A stretch of 64,000 nt of DNA, taken from positions 12,554 to 76,553 of the forward strand of contig JANRKQ010000129.1 in NCBI GenBank assembly GCA_033763395.1, in the 5' to 3' direction. The notes beneath the pieces were generated by a model. That model worked only from the letters and a program-made list of their open reading frames with translations. It did no database searches and was not told the DNA's origin. How positions within the stretch are numbered: position 1 is the stretch's first letter; each line of letters begins with the position of its first letter. This DNA is from Myxococcaceae bacterium (lineage in GTDB: Bacteria > Myxococcota > Myxococcia > Myxococcales > Myxococcaceae). A program made the position numbers and the translations under genes. Below, piece after piece: positions 21,141 through 29,874 of the stretch.

Positions 21141-22631
21141 TCAGAGTGGATACGTCAGCGTCAGGCCCAGCAGCGTCACCAGCACCAGCACGAGCGGCGC
21201 CAGCACCAGGAACACCAGCATCGTGTAGCCCATGACGTCGCGGGCCTTCAGCCCGAACAGGCCCAGCACTGGCAGCATCCAGAAGGGCTGCAGCAGGTTC
21301 GCCAGCGCCTCACCCAGGTCGTAGACCGCCACCATCCACCCCAGGTGCACCTTGAGCTCGTGCGCGGCCTGCATCACGTACGGCGCCTCGATGACCCACT
21401 TCGAACCGCCGCTCGGCACGAAGATGCCCAGCACCGCCGAGTACGTCGCGATGACGGCGGGGAAGGTCGTGGGTGTCGAGAGGCCCACGAACCAGTGCGC
21501 GAGCTGCTGGGACAGCTGCGTCTTCGTGATGAGCGCCGCGATGCCTGCGTAGAGGGGAAACTGCAGCAGCACGCCCCAGACGCCCGGCGTCGCTTCCTTC
21601 ACCGCGCGCATGAGCCGCGCCGGCGTGCCGTGGAGCGCGACGCCGAGGGTGAGGAAGCCCAGGTTCAACGTGTTGAGCGTGAGCGCACCCAGCGGGTCGG
21701 CCGCTTCGACGAAGGTGAGGGTGAGGAAGGCGCCCGCGAGCGCGACGAAGGCCACCGACAGGGCCGGGTGGTGCTCGAACCACTCACCGGGCGTACCCCT
21801 CGAGGCTGGCGCTGGTGCGTCCAGGGGGCTCGCTCCGAGCTCGAGGCCCAGCGCCTTCGCCGTCACGGCCTTCGCCTCGCTCGGCGCCGCCAGGTACAGC
21901 ACCACGGTGACGACGATGAGCTCGATGGCGACCGACACGAGGCTCTGCCAGAGGAAGATGGTGTGCCGCAGCGGAATGACGCCGCCCTCGACGAGGCCTC
22001 CCGCGGCCACGATGTCGCGAATGTCCTTCTGCAGCATCGACGGCGTCGCCATCTGCAGCGCGGCCGAGCCCGAGAGGCCCTGCGCCCAGATGCTGCCGAG
22101 GCCGAGGAAGGCGCTCGCGCACAGCGCCCGGTAGTCGACGCGCTCCATGCGGCGCGCCACCTCACGCGCCAGCATCGCGCTGAAGATGAGCGAGAAGCCC
22201 CAGTTGAACCAGCTCGACGCCATCGCGAAGAACGTCACCCAGGCGACCGCGCCCTTCGCCGTCGTCGGCACCCGCGCCAGCCACGCGATGAGCCGCGCGA
22301 CGGGCCGTGTCGTGGCCACCACCGAGCCCGTGATGATGACGAGGGCCATCTGCAGGGTGAAGGGCAAGAGCTCCCAGAAGCCGCCACCCCAGGCCCGCAC
22401 GATGCGCCCCGCGGCCGCGGCGGCCGGCACCGTCTGCGAGAGCGAGACGAAGGCCGCCACCACGACGATGACGGTGGCGGCGAGCGCGAACACGTACGCG
22501 TCGGGAATCCAACGCTCGGCCCAGGTGGTGAAGCGCGCGGCGAGGCGGGCCAGGAAGCCGTCGGCGGGCGGAAGCGGCGCGGCCGGAGGCGCGGCACCAC
22601 CCAGCGAGCCCGGCAGGTCGGCCGACGACAT
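21141..22631 (-). CDS. Short-chain fatty acid transporter (AtoE-like) polytopic membrane protein
   Basis: 496 aa, more than 10 TM segments. The N-terminus FTTWAERWIPDAYVFALAATVIVVV and overall layout resemble the AtoE/TIGR00366 family (recognition by eye). Confidence 0.7.
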   Translation of the reverse strand: MSSADLPGSLGGAAPPAAPLPPADGFLARLAARFTTWAERWIPDAYVFALAATVIVVVAAFVSLSQTVPAAAAAGRIVRAWGGGFWELLPFTLQMALVIITGSVVATTRPVARLIAWLARVPTTAKGAVAWVTFFAMASSWFNWGFSLIFSAMLAREVARRMERVDYRALCASAFLGLGSIWAQGLSGSAALQMATPSMLQKDIRDIVAAGGLVEGGVIPLRHTIFLWQSLVSVAIELIVVTVVLYLAAPSEAKAVTAKALGLELGASPLDAPAPASRGTPGEWFEHHPALSVAFVALAGAFLTLTFVEAADPLGALTLNTLNLGFLTLGVALHGTPARLMRAVKEATPGVWGVLLQFPLYAGIAALITKTQLSQQLAHWFVGLSTPTTFPAVIATYSAVLGIFVPSGGSKWVIEAPYVMQAAHELKVHLGWMVAVYDLGEALANLLQPFWMLPVLGLFGLKARDVMGYTMLVFLVLAPLVLVLVTLLGLTLTYPL

Positions 22632-22638
22632 CGACGCG

Positions 22639-23109
22639 TCAGCTGCCGAGATGCGGAGACAGCGTGCGGCCCACGCGCGGCACGGCCTCTTCGACGTGCT
22701 TCTTCGCCTGCGGGCGCAGCTTCTCGTACGCGCTCTTCAGCGTGGCGTTCTTCGCCTTCTTGGCGCGGTCGTCGGTGATGCCCAACAGCGCGTCGGCCAC
22801 CTCGCCGCCGCGGCGCGAGAGCGTGTCGCCGAACTGCGCCGGCGCGCTGCCGGCCTTGCGGTGGTCGGCGTAGAAGGGCTCGAGGCGCTTCACGAAGTCG
22901 TCGAGCAGCATGTCCATCGACTCGCGAATGATGCCCGGCTTCACCGCGCACACCACCTTGTACGCCCCCTTGATGGCGAGGCCCGACAGGCCGCCCTTGC
23001 TCGACACCTCGTCCTCGATGAGGCGCTCGCAGTCGGTGAGAATGCGCGGGCGCTTCGACGTGTCGTCGAGGAGGCGGGCCACGAGGGTGTCGGTGTTGGC
23101 GTCGGTCAT
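22639..23109 (-). CDS. Hypothetical cytoplasmic helical protein
   Basis: ATG at 23109 (MTDANTDTLVARLLDD...), 156 aa, high GC3. It lies 7 nt upstream of the AtoE-like start. No motif recognised. Confidence 0.55.
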   Translation of the reverse strand: MTDANTDTLVARLLDDTSKRPRILTDCERLIEDEVSSKGGLSGLAIKGAYKVVCAVKPGIIRESMDMLLDDFVKRLEPFYADHRKAGSAPAQFGDTLSRRGGEVADALLGITDDRAKKAKNATLKSAYEKLRPQAKKHVEEAVPRVGRTLSPHLGS

Positions 23110-23123
23110 GGCGCCGCGATTTG

Positions 23124-23420
23124 TCACTGACGGGGGCGTTTCGCCAGTTCGGCCTGCGAGGCCCGTCGGGCGAGGTGCGTCACGGCCAGGCTGAGGCCCA
23201 CGCGCAGCGCAGCAAAGGCGACGAGCGCCAGCCACCAGCGCACGAGCGGCCCCAGGGCGAGCTTCACGGCCGCGGTGCCGGCGAGCGCCGAGAGCGTCAA
23301 CAGACGCGGCAGATGAAGCGGCGTGGTGCCCTCGCGCGACGCGAGGAACGCCCGGCGGCCGAACGCGAGGGCGAGCGCGCCGACGACGAGCGCCGCCAGC
23401 AGCGGGACGGCTCGCATCAT
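23124..23420 (-). CDS. Small (98 aa) membrane protein, 3 predicted TM helices
   Basis: ATGATG at 23415-23420 with GGAG 10 nt upstream. Sequence MMRAVPLLAALVVGALALAF...LLTLSALAGTAAVKLALGPLVRWWLALVAFAALRVGLSLAV. The stop is 14 nt before the next gene. Confidence 0.5.
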   Translation of the reverse strand: MMRAVPLLAALVVGALALAFGRRAFLASREGTTPLHLPRLLTLSALAGTAAVKLALGPLVRWWLALVAFAALRVGLSLAVTHLARRASQAELAKRPRQ

Positions 23421-23800
23421 CGAGCCTGACTCCGCACGGCGTGGCGACGCCGTGGCAGGACTTCGAGCGCCCGCATCATCGGGCGTGGCTCCGGACGTCG
23501 TGGCAGGACTTTCGACGTGCGCCTGCAGGAGCACTCGCGTCATCGAGCGCGACTCCGGATGGCGTGGTGGCGCGGTGGAAGGACTTCGACGTGCGCCTGC
23601 GAGAGCGCCCGCGTCATTGAGCGTGACTCCGGACGTCGTGGCAGGACTTCGACGTGCGCGTTCGAGAGCGCTCGCCTCATCGAGCGTGAGGCCAGCCGGC
23701 CTGGCAGGACTTCGACCTGCGTCTGCGGGAGCGCTCGCAACGTCGAGCGTGACTCCGGACGGCGTGGCTGGCCTCGAACGGGACCCGCCGGGCGGCTCCC
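23417..23800. repeat. Six degenerate tandem units (periods 59/64/74/63/63 nt) that reiterate the RBS+ATG region of the small membrane-protein gene
   Basis: The anchor TCATCGAGC (or a variant) occurs at 23417, 23476, 23540, 23614, 23677 and 23740. A second anchor GGACTTCGA occurs at 23458, 23506, 23581, 23644 and 23707. On the minus strand each unit reads ..CCGGAGTCACGCTCGATGA.. . Confidence 0.8.
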
Positions 23801-23926
23801 GTCGTTGAGTACGGCTTGAGTTCGTTCCCGCTGGGCAGTCCGTGCGCGCGTCGTCATCCCCCCACCTCGCCGCGCGAGCAACCCACCCGGACCACGCACG
23901 ACGTCCCGGGTGCCACGCTTGGGCCT

Positions 23927-24349
23927 TCAACGGTCCCTCACCAGACGAACGAGTCGGCGCAAGCCGGGCACTTCTTTCAACGCGCGCGCGACCCTCGGGA
24001 CGTGCCGGAGCACCAGGTGGCTCTGGCGCGGGAGTTCGAGCCGGAGCGCTCCTCGTCGTACGGCCACCACGCGGCCGAGCACTTCGCGCGCCGGAGGGTC
24101 GACGACACCGACGCTCGACACCGTGACGAGTGGAGCGAGGGACTGCACGAGATGCGCGACGAGCTGACCGCGAGGGTTCACCACCAGCGCGATGTCACCA
24201 ATCTTCAGGGCCGTCTCGTCTCCACGCTCGACGTGGAGTTGGTCTTTGTCGAGCACGAGAGGCCACAGGCTTCGCCCACCCGCGCGCAGCCACATCTTCG
24301 CGCCATGGGGGAGCGCGCGGAGCAGGTCCAGGTGGCCAGAGGGCGCCAT
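23927..24349 (-). CDS. Small protein with S24/S26 (LexA/signal-peptidase)-like motif, no DNA-binding domain
   Basis: 140 aa, GC3 about 85% by my codon read-out. GRSLWPLV...LKIGDIALVV...GRVVAVRRG resembles GxSMxP...GD[IL]..V of the S24/S26 fold. No clear catalytic Lys, so the function is tentative. Confidence 0.5.
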   Translation of the reverse strand: MAPSGHLDLLRALPHGAKMWLRAGGRSLWPLVLDKDQLHVERGDETALKIGDIALVVNPRGQLVAHLVQSLAPLVTVSSVGVVDPPAREVLGRVVAVRRGALRLELPRQSHLVLRHVPRVARALKEVPGLRRLVRLVRDR

Positions 24350-24380
24350 CGAGGGAAGAGTCTGACACGACCGCCGGGGC

Positions 24381-25178
24381 TCAGCGCCGTCGCTGCGGCA
24401 GCGGCTTTCCGCCGAGAAGGTCTCCCAGAGATGGCCTCGAGAAGCCTTCTCCAAGCCGGGGCATGGGTGGGAGCGGCGGCGTCGACGCGACGAGCACGCG
24501 CCAGTCGCCCGGCAAGCCAGTTGCGCCGAGCGGCCGCAGGATGATGGCGAACGTCTTGCCGCGGGGCAGGTCGAACTCGCCGCCGCACATGAAGACGCCG
24601 AGTTCGATGACTCCACTGGATTCGGTCGTGAGTCCCACCAGCTCGAAGTCGTCCCCCCGCACGGTGACCTCGACCAGTCCGCTGCGGTCCATCCACGCTT
24701 CCTCGACGCGTACGACGGCGTCAGAGCCACAGCCGAAGCGGGTCTCTGAGAAGCCAGCGGTGCTGGGCATTCCGACGAAGCGAGGCGCCGCCGTCGACGC
24801 GTCGCGGGCAACGACGAGCTCGCCGAGGGGGTGGCCGTTCTGGGCCCGAAAGGCGGCCGTCCCCTTGCGCGGCACGACGACCCAGGTCCCGTCCGACAGC
24901 GGTGTCTCGGGAACCACCACGAACTGACGGATGAGGCGGCCGAGGAGCGAGTGCACCGTGCGAACACCGACGCGTCGGTCGCCCCCCGAAGTGAGCTCGA
25001 CCTGCGTCGTCACGTCCTCAGCCATCAAGTCGCCCTGGTGGTGCACGACGAAGTGAGGCGCCGGTGGCAGCGGCCCCGGCGGAGCGAACATCGAGATGGC
25101 CTCCGTGGGACAGCTCGCGATGGCGACCGAAGGGAGCGTCGATGCACCGAGAATCAGAATGGACACGAGGCGGCTCAT
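24381..25178 (-). CDS. Secreted/lipoprotein hypothetical protein
   Basis: Signal peptide MSRLVSILILGASTLPSVAIASC. 265 aa. The start overlaps the upstream stop as ATGA (25175-25178). Confidence 0.6.
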   Translation of the reverse strand: MSRLVSILILGASTLPSVAIASCPTEAISMFAPPGPLPPAPHFVVHHQGDLMAEDVTTQVELTSGGDRRVGVRTVHSLLGRLIRQFVVVPETPLSDGTWVVVPRKGTAAFRAQNGHPLGELVVARDASTAAPRFVGMPSTAGFSETRFGCGSDAVVRVEEAWMDRSGLVEVTVRGDDFELVGLTTESSGVIELGVFMCGGEFDLPRGKTFAIILRPLGATGLPGDWRVLVASTPPLPPMPRLGEGFSRPSLGDLLGGKPLPQRRR

Positions 25179-26062
25179 CGGTGCGCCTTCTTTCGCTGGG
25201 CGAGCGCGAGGTCGAACAGGTGCTCGCTGAACTGGGCCACCATCTCATGCTCCGTGACGCCCGGCCCCGAAGGCGTGACCTGAACGAACTCGCCGGTCGC
25301 TGGGCTCCTGAAGCGTATCGACTCGAAGAGACCGACCGGGTCCGTTGCCCCCGCGTAGCGGGCTGCACCGTCCGGGAGCTTCCCGAGCTGGCGATTCAAC
25401 GCGGTGTGCGCCCACTCATGAACGAGGGTCTTCGCGGTCTGCTCGATCTCGCGCGCACGCGCCTGATCGAGGTCCACCTGAAAGCGATCAACCGATCGCG
25501 GAGGTGTGAGGCCGTACCTCACGTTCTTCTTCTTGTCCGCCTCAGGCGGTGGCAGCGCCTCGACCGTTTGGGCAAAGGGTGCAGCGGTGAGTTCGACGAG
25601 GGCCTTCTCTTCGCGGACCCGTTGTCGGACCCGGCCCAGCTCATCTTTCTCGAGCGTTACGCGCCGGAATTCGATCTCGTAGGTTCCCTGAATCGCGGGC
25701 AGCAGCTCGTTGGCGAGCGCGATGGCTTCCTTCATGTTGGTGGCCTGCCGAACCGTTGCGTCTGCCGGAACGAGGGCTTGAAGCCCGCGCGCCCTGGGGA
25801 ACGGCGAGACGGTGTGGTCCGGCTGGGCGTCAGACCGGTGGCCCTTCGGCTTCGGACCAAGAGGCGGGGCCTCGGTTGGTTGCGGCTGGGTGATGGTGCC
25901 AGCGGTTGAGCGTCGAACGGGGTCTGCCACGAGCTCCCTCCGGGAGGGGGAAGCGCCCGCTGACTGCACGGCTGGTGACAGTCTCAGATTTACTCGGTTC
26001 TCTCGAGGTGAGTCCAACGCTCTCAGGGCACCACGATGGACGCCGCCTCGAAGCGCTCGCAA
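25175..26062 (-). CDS. HExxH-motif protein (putative zinc metallopeptidase), start uncertain
   Basis: Contains KTLVHEWAHTALNRQ. The farthest start, 26062, overlaps the upstream gene by 40 nt. The alternative ATG at 25735 (MKEAIALANELL) gives 186 aa. GC is lower than in the neighbours. Confidence 0.55.
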   Translation of the reverse strand: MRALRGGVHRGALRALDSPRENRVNLRLSPAVQSAGASPSRRELVADPVRRSTAGTITQPQPTEAPPLGPKPKGHRSDAQPDHTVSPFPRARGLQALVPADATVRQATNMKEAIALANELLPAIQGTYEIEFRRVTLEKDELGRVRQRVREEKALVELTAAPFAQTVEALPPPEADKKKNVRYGLTPPRSVDRFQVDLDQARAREIEQTAKTLVHEWAHTALNRQLGKLPDGAARYAGATDPVGLFESIRFRSPATGEFVQVTPSGPGVTEHEMVAQFSEHLFDLALAQRKKAHR

Positions 26063-27219
26063 CGCCGCGAGTGCACCACCACCTCGCGCGAACCTGCGGC
26101 CACCGACGCCGGCACTTCGCCCGTCCAGCTCGTGCCCGCCGCGTCGGCCCGCCCGCGCGTCAGCGCCACACCACCCACGATGACGTCGAGCACCGAGCCC
26201 AGGTGCTCGCCTTCGACGACCACCGGGGAGAGCCGATCAACCGGCGCCGTCACCGTCGTCACCCGTGGCGTGGGCAGTGACTCGTCACAGACGAAGAGGG
26301 GAAACTCCTTCCATGTCAGCGCGCCGCGGGTGTCGCGCAGCACCGTCCACAGCGTGCCGGTCCGCCGCTCGGGCACGGGGTCGAACGCCTTCTTCCCCGG
26401 GGCGGTGAAGGTGGTCTTCACCTCTTCGCGCATGGCCGTGCGCGTCTCGGAGAAGCGCCCGGCCGTCGAGTACCACGACACGAGAATGCGCTCGGTGCGG
26501 GCTTCGGGCCCGCTCGGCGTGACCGCGGTGAAGGGCTCGAATGCCGAGTCCGCCGCGTCCACGTCGAGCACCACGTCTTGCGCCGGCTTCACCATCACGC
26601 GCGCCCCGGCGGGCCAGTCGACGCCATCGACGACGAGGCGCGCCACCTGGGGGTTCTGGTTGCGCTCCGGGTCCTCCGAGATGCGCACGCGGAAGAGCGA
26701 GATGAGCGAGGCCACCTCGCGGCGCTGCACCCGGCCGAATAGGGCGGCGAGCTCCTCCATGGGCGCCGTCGGAGACACCTCTTCCGCCACCGAGATGGTG
26801 ATGAGGGTGCCGACGGTGCCGAGCGTTCGGCGTGGGTCATCGGCCGCGAGCACGTCGAAGAGGCCCCGCGGGGCCGAGTACGTGGCGGTCGCGTTGAGCC
26901 CCGCGAAGCGCACGCCCGCGGGCAGCGACATCATGTCGCCCAGTCGAGATGGGTCGTTCACCACCGCCGGGTCGGTGCAGGCCGAGCGGTTCTCGTTGAA
27001 AGGGTCGGGGTCGCACGCGATCCAGAAGGTGGTGGTGGCCTGGGTGCGGGTCGGGTCGAGCACGAGCGCCGACAGCTGGGCCGTCTCTCCGGGCGCGAGG
27101 TCGGCCGGGCTCGACGAGATGCCCAGCATGCGCAACCGGTCGACGAGCGACTCGGTGGGGAAGTCCTCGGGCGTGCAGGCCGTCGTCCAGAGCGCGAGGC
27201 CGACCAGGAGCGCGCGCAT
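26023..27219 (-). CDS. Lipoprotein of unknown function
   Basis: Only the last 398 aa of ORF 26023..28992 are coding. The ATG at 27219 shares one base with the receptor stop (TGATG). Lipobox is LALWTTAC. The C-terminal region is Ig-like and beta-rich. Confidence 0.65.
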   Translation of the reverse strand: MRALLVGLALWTTACTPEDFPTESLVDRLRMLGISSSPADLAPGETAQLSALVLDPTRTQATTTFWIACDPDPFNENRSACTDPAVVNDPSRLGDMMSLPAGVRFAGLNATATYSAPRGLFDVLAADDPRRTLGTVGTLITISVAEEVSPTAPMEELAALFGRVQRREVASLISLFRVRISEDPERNQNPQVARLVVDGVDWPAGARVMVKPAQDVVLDVDAADSAFEPFTAVTPSGPEARTERILVSWYSTAGRFSETRTAMREEVKTTFTAPGKKAFDPVPERRTGTLWTVLRDTRGALTWKEFPLFVCDESLPTPRVTTVTAPVDRLSPVVVEGEHLGSVLDVIVGGVALTRGRADAAGTSWTGEVPASVAAGSREVVVHSRRCERFEAASIVVP

Positions 27220-29861
27220 CAGTACTCTCCCCGCAGCCCCAGCACCGGGAGAATCGGCAGCCCGGTGATGAACGTCTGCGCCGAGTAGTCGTACGCGTTC
27301 TGCACCGCCTCGACGTTCGCCCGGTTGGTGACGTTCTGCACGTCGAGGTAGAGCGCCAGCATCCAGTTCTGGAAGACGAAGCGCTTGTCGATGCGGACGT
27401 CGAGCTGGAAGAAGTCGGGCAGCCGCTCGCTGAACTGCGCTCCCTGAATCGGGAAGTAGTAGTTGCCGTTGACGTCGTAGATGGCGCCGACGATGGGCGT
27501 GCGCAGCGGGCCCGAGGTGTAGCGGAGCCGCGCTCCGATGATGAAGTCGAGCGGCAGCTTGTAGCTGGCCACCACGATGAGGTTGTGGGGCTGGTCGAAC
27601 TGCGCGAGCGCCCACACCGTGCCTCCGCGAAAGTCGCGCTCGGTGCGCGACAGGCTGTAGGCGATCCACCCGAAGAAGTTCTTCGTCAGCTGGTGCCGCA
27701 ACAGAATCTCGGCGCCGAAGCTTCGGCCCCGGCCGAAGCTGCCGTACAGCACCGGTGAGCCTCCGCTCGAGAAGTCGCCCGTCGAGCTCGCGAGCGTCGC
27801 GCGCGCCTGGTTGAAGAGGTCCTTGTAGTAGAGCTGCACGTCGAGGCTGATGGCGTCGGTGAAGCGCACCTCGCCGCCCACCATGTACTGGCGCGCGCCC
27901 TCGGGCTGCAGGTCGGGGTTGCCGAACTCCTTCGTGAGCAGCCCCTGCCGGTAGTCCGGAGGCTGGTGGTAGATGCCGACGCCGCCCTTCAGCAGCACGC
28001 GGTCGTGCACCTGCCATAGCGCCGAGAGCCGGGGGTCGACCCACGCCTTGTTCATCAACGAGTTGTAGTCGCCGCGCAGGCCGCCAATGAGCTTGAGGCC
28101 CTGCACCGGCTTCCAGATGGCCTCGCCGAAGAGCGCGGGCTCGGCCATCACCACGTTCGAGCGCACCGACACGAGCCGCCGCGAACCGAACGGGTCGGGA
28201 ATGGCGCCGACGCGGGGCAGCGGCGGAGACTGAATCTCGAGGCCGTAGGGCAGCAGCTGGAAGTCGAGGCCCGTCGCGAAGGCGAGGTTCGCCTCGGGCA
28301 CGTCGATGGTGAAGGTGTTGCGCGAGATGAAGGGGAAGAGCTGGCTGCGCGCGAACAGGTCGCTCCCGGCCGAGAAGCCCACGTTGTCGAGGCCCAACGT
28401 GGTGCGGGTGCGGAAGTCGACGCGCTTCGACAGCTTCGTGTCGTACCCGAAGACGAGCCGGTTGTAGGCGATCGAGGTGCCGAAGGTGCCGCGGCCCTCG
28501 GGGTCGAGAGACGGGTTGGGCAGGGCCGCGACGAGCTGGTCCGACGAGCCGAAGAAGCTGACGAAGAAGCGGCTCTTCCCGGTGGGCGGCTTCCACTCGA
28601 GGCGCGCCTGGTAGTCCCAGTAGCGCGGCGCCACCGTGAAGCCGACCGTCTCGGTCGCCCCGGGGATGAGCGAGAGCACCGCCGGCAGGAAGGCGTCGAC
28701 GTAGCTGCGGCGCGCCGAGACCGCGACCGACCAGCTCTCGTTGATGGGCAGCTCGATGAGGCCCGAGATGTCGGCGATGTTGACGTCGAAGTAGCCGTGA
28801 ACGCCTTTCTTCGAGGGCGTTCGGGCGGTGGCGGTGACGAGGCCGGCGATGCCGCGACCGAACTCGGCGCCGTAGTTGCCCTGCTGAAAGGTGAGCGACT
28901 CGAGCAGGTTCGAGTTGTAGGTCGAGAAGAGCCCGCCGAAGTGGAAGAGCAGGGGCACCGGCGCTTCGTCGACGAAGGTGCGCGTGTCCCACGGCTTGGA
29001 GCCGCGGATGACGAGGAAGCCCAGGCCGAACGGTGAGCGCGCCACGCCCGGAAGGTTCTGCACCACGCGAAAGGCGTCGCCGTTGGTGCCGGGGATGAGG
29101 CGAATCTCTTCCTGCTTGAGGGTGACTTGTGCGACCTCTTTGCGCTCCCTGGGCGCGCGCACCACCGTCTCGAAGCCGCCGTACACCTGCTTGCGGACGT
29201 AATAGGTGGCGTCGGTGCGCTGGCCGGCCGTGACGGTCTCGGTCGTCTCGAACTTCGAGTAGCCGGGGAGCAGCACGACGACGCGCTGGGCTCCCGCGGG
29301 AACGTCCTCGATCGAGAAACGGCCGTCGTCCCCCGTCAGCGTCTCGCGCGCCCCTTCGCCCTCGCCGACGACCACCTGGGCGTTCGCGAGCGGGTCACGC
29401 GTGCCGCGCTCGAGCACCCGGCCCGCGAAGTTGACGACGCCCGTCAGGCCCGCGTCCGGCGCCACCGGCACCTCGACGACCTGCTGGCGGAAGAAGAACT
29501 GGTAGCTGAACTGAATGCGCACCGGCGTGGGGACGAAGTCGACCTCTGCCGGGGTGAAGCGGAACCGGCGAATGGCGGCGAGCGCCTCGCGGTCGAAGCC
29601 CTCACCCGCGCTCTGCACCACCTTCGCGTCGGTGACGGTGCCGTCGACGCCGAGGTCGATCTCCATCACCACGGTGCCGCCCACGCCGGCGTCGAGCAGC
29701 TCTGGCGGGAAGGTGGCCTCGACCCGCTCGACCAGGGTGGGCGCCTTCGTGAGCACGCCCGCGCCTCCATCGCTCTGGGCGAACGCGGAGACGGACGAGA
29801 GGACGACGAGGAGGCACGCGACGCGCACGACGGGCCGGATGTTTAACACCGGCTCGCCCAC
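27219..29861 (-). CDS. TonB-dependent receptor with N-terminal TonB_C-like and carboxypeptidase-regulatory-like domains
   Basis: 880 aa. Signal peptide VACLLVVLSSVSAFAQ. The TonB C-terminal-like segment is VEATFPPELLDAGVGGTVVMEIDLGVDGTVTDAKVVQSAGEGFDREALAAIRRFRFTPA. It is followed by GRVLERGTRDPLANAQVVV...TGDDGRFSIEDVPAG, a plug (IPGTNGDAFRVVQNLPGV, IRGSKPWDT), a beta-barrel, and a terminal ...GLRGEY. Confidence 0.85.
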   Translation of the reverse strand: MGEPVLNIRPVVRVACLLVVLSSVSAFAQSDGGAGVLTKAPTLVERVEATFPPELLDAGVGGTVVMEIDLGVDGTVTDAKVVQSAGEGFDREALAAIRRFRFTPAEVDFVPTPVRIQFSYQFFFRQQVVEVPVAPDAGLTGVVNFAGRVLERGTRDPLANAQVVVGEGEGARETLTGDDGRFSIEDVPAGAQRVVVLLPGYSKFETTETVTAGQRTDATYYVRKQVYGGFETVVRAPRERKEVAQVTLKQEEIRLIPGTNGDAFRVVQNLPGVARSPFGLGFLVIRGSKPWDTRTFVDEAPVPLLFHFGGLFSTYNSNLLESLTFQQGNYGAEFGRGIAGLVTATARTPSKKGVHGYFDVNIADISGLIELPINESWSVAVSARRSYVDAFLPAVLSLIPGATETVGFTVAPRYWDYQARLEWKPPTGKSRFFVSFFGSSDQLVAALPNPSLDPEGRGTFGTSIAYNRLVFGYDTKLSKRVDFRTRTTLGLDNVGFSAGSDLFARSQLFPFISRNTFTIDVPEANLAFATGLDFQLLPYGLEIQSPPLPRVGAIPDPFGSRRLVSVRSNVVMAEPALFGEAIWKPVQGLKLIGGLRGDYNSLMNKAWVDPRLSALWQVHDRVLLKGGVGIYHQPPDYRQGLLTKEFGNPDLQPEGARQYMVGGEVRFTDAISLDVQLYYKDLFNQARATLASSTGDFSSGGSPVLYGSFGRGRSFGAEILLRHQLTKNFFGWIAYSLSRTERDFRGGTVWALAQFDQPHNLIVVASYKLPLDFIIGARLRYTSGPLRTPIVGAIYDVNGNYYFPIQGAQFSERLPDFFQLDVRIDKRFVFQNWMLALYLDVQNVTNRANVEAVQNAYDYSAQTFITGLPILPVLGLRGEY

Positions 29862-29874
29862 CTCGCAGGCCCGA

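Noticed and set aside
23417-23800. Possible CRISPR array
   Set aside because: The units are contiguous and degenerate, with no unique spacers between conserved repeats. The periods vary from 59 to 74 nt. No cas genes are present.
23540-23930. Minus-strand ORFs across the tandem array (268-aa and 119-aa versions) as real repeat proteins
   Set aside because: Unit periods of 59, 64 and 74 nt shift the frame, so the same DNA unit is read as different peptides. All frames are open here because of GC content. I kept this as an open question in the findings rather than calling a CDS.
27220-28992. N-terminal 590 aa of ORF 26023..28992
   Set aside because: This part overlaps the TonB-dependent receptor in a different frame and is Arg/Pro/Gly-rich. 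A lipoprotein signal peptide begins at the internal ATG at 27219, so only 26023..27219 is called.
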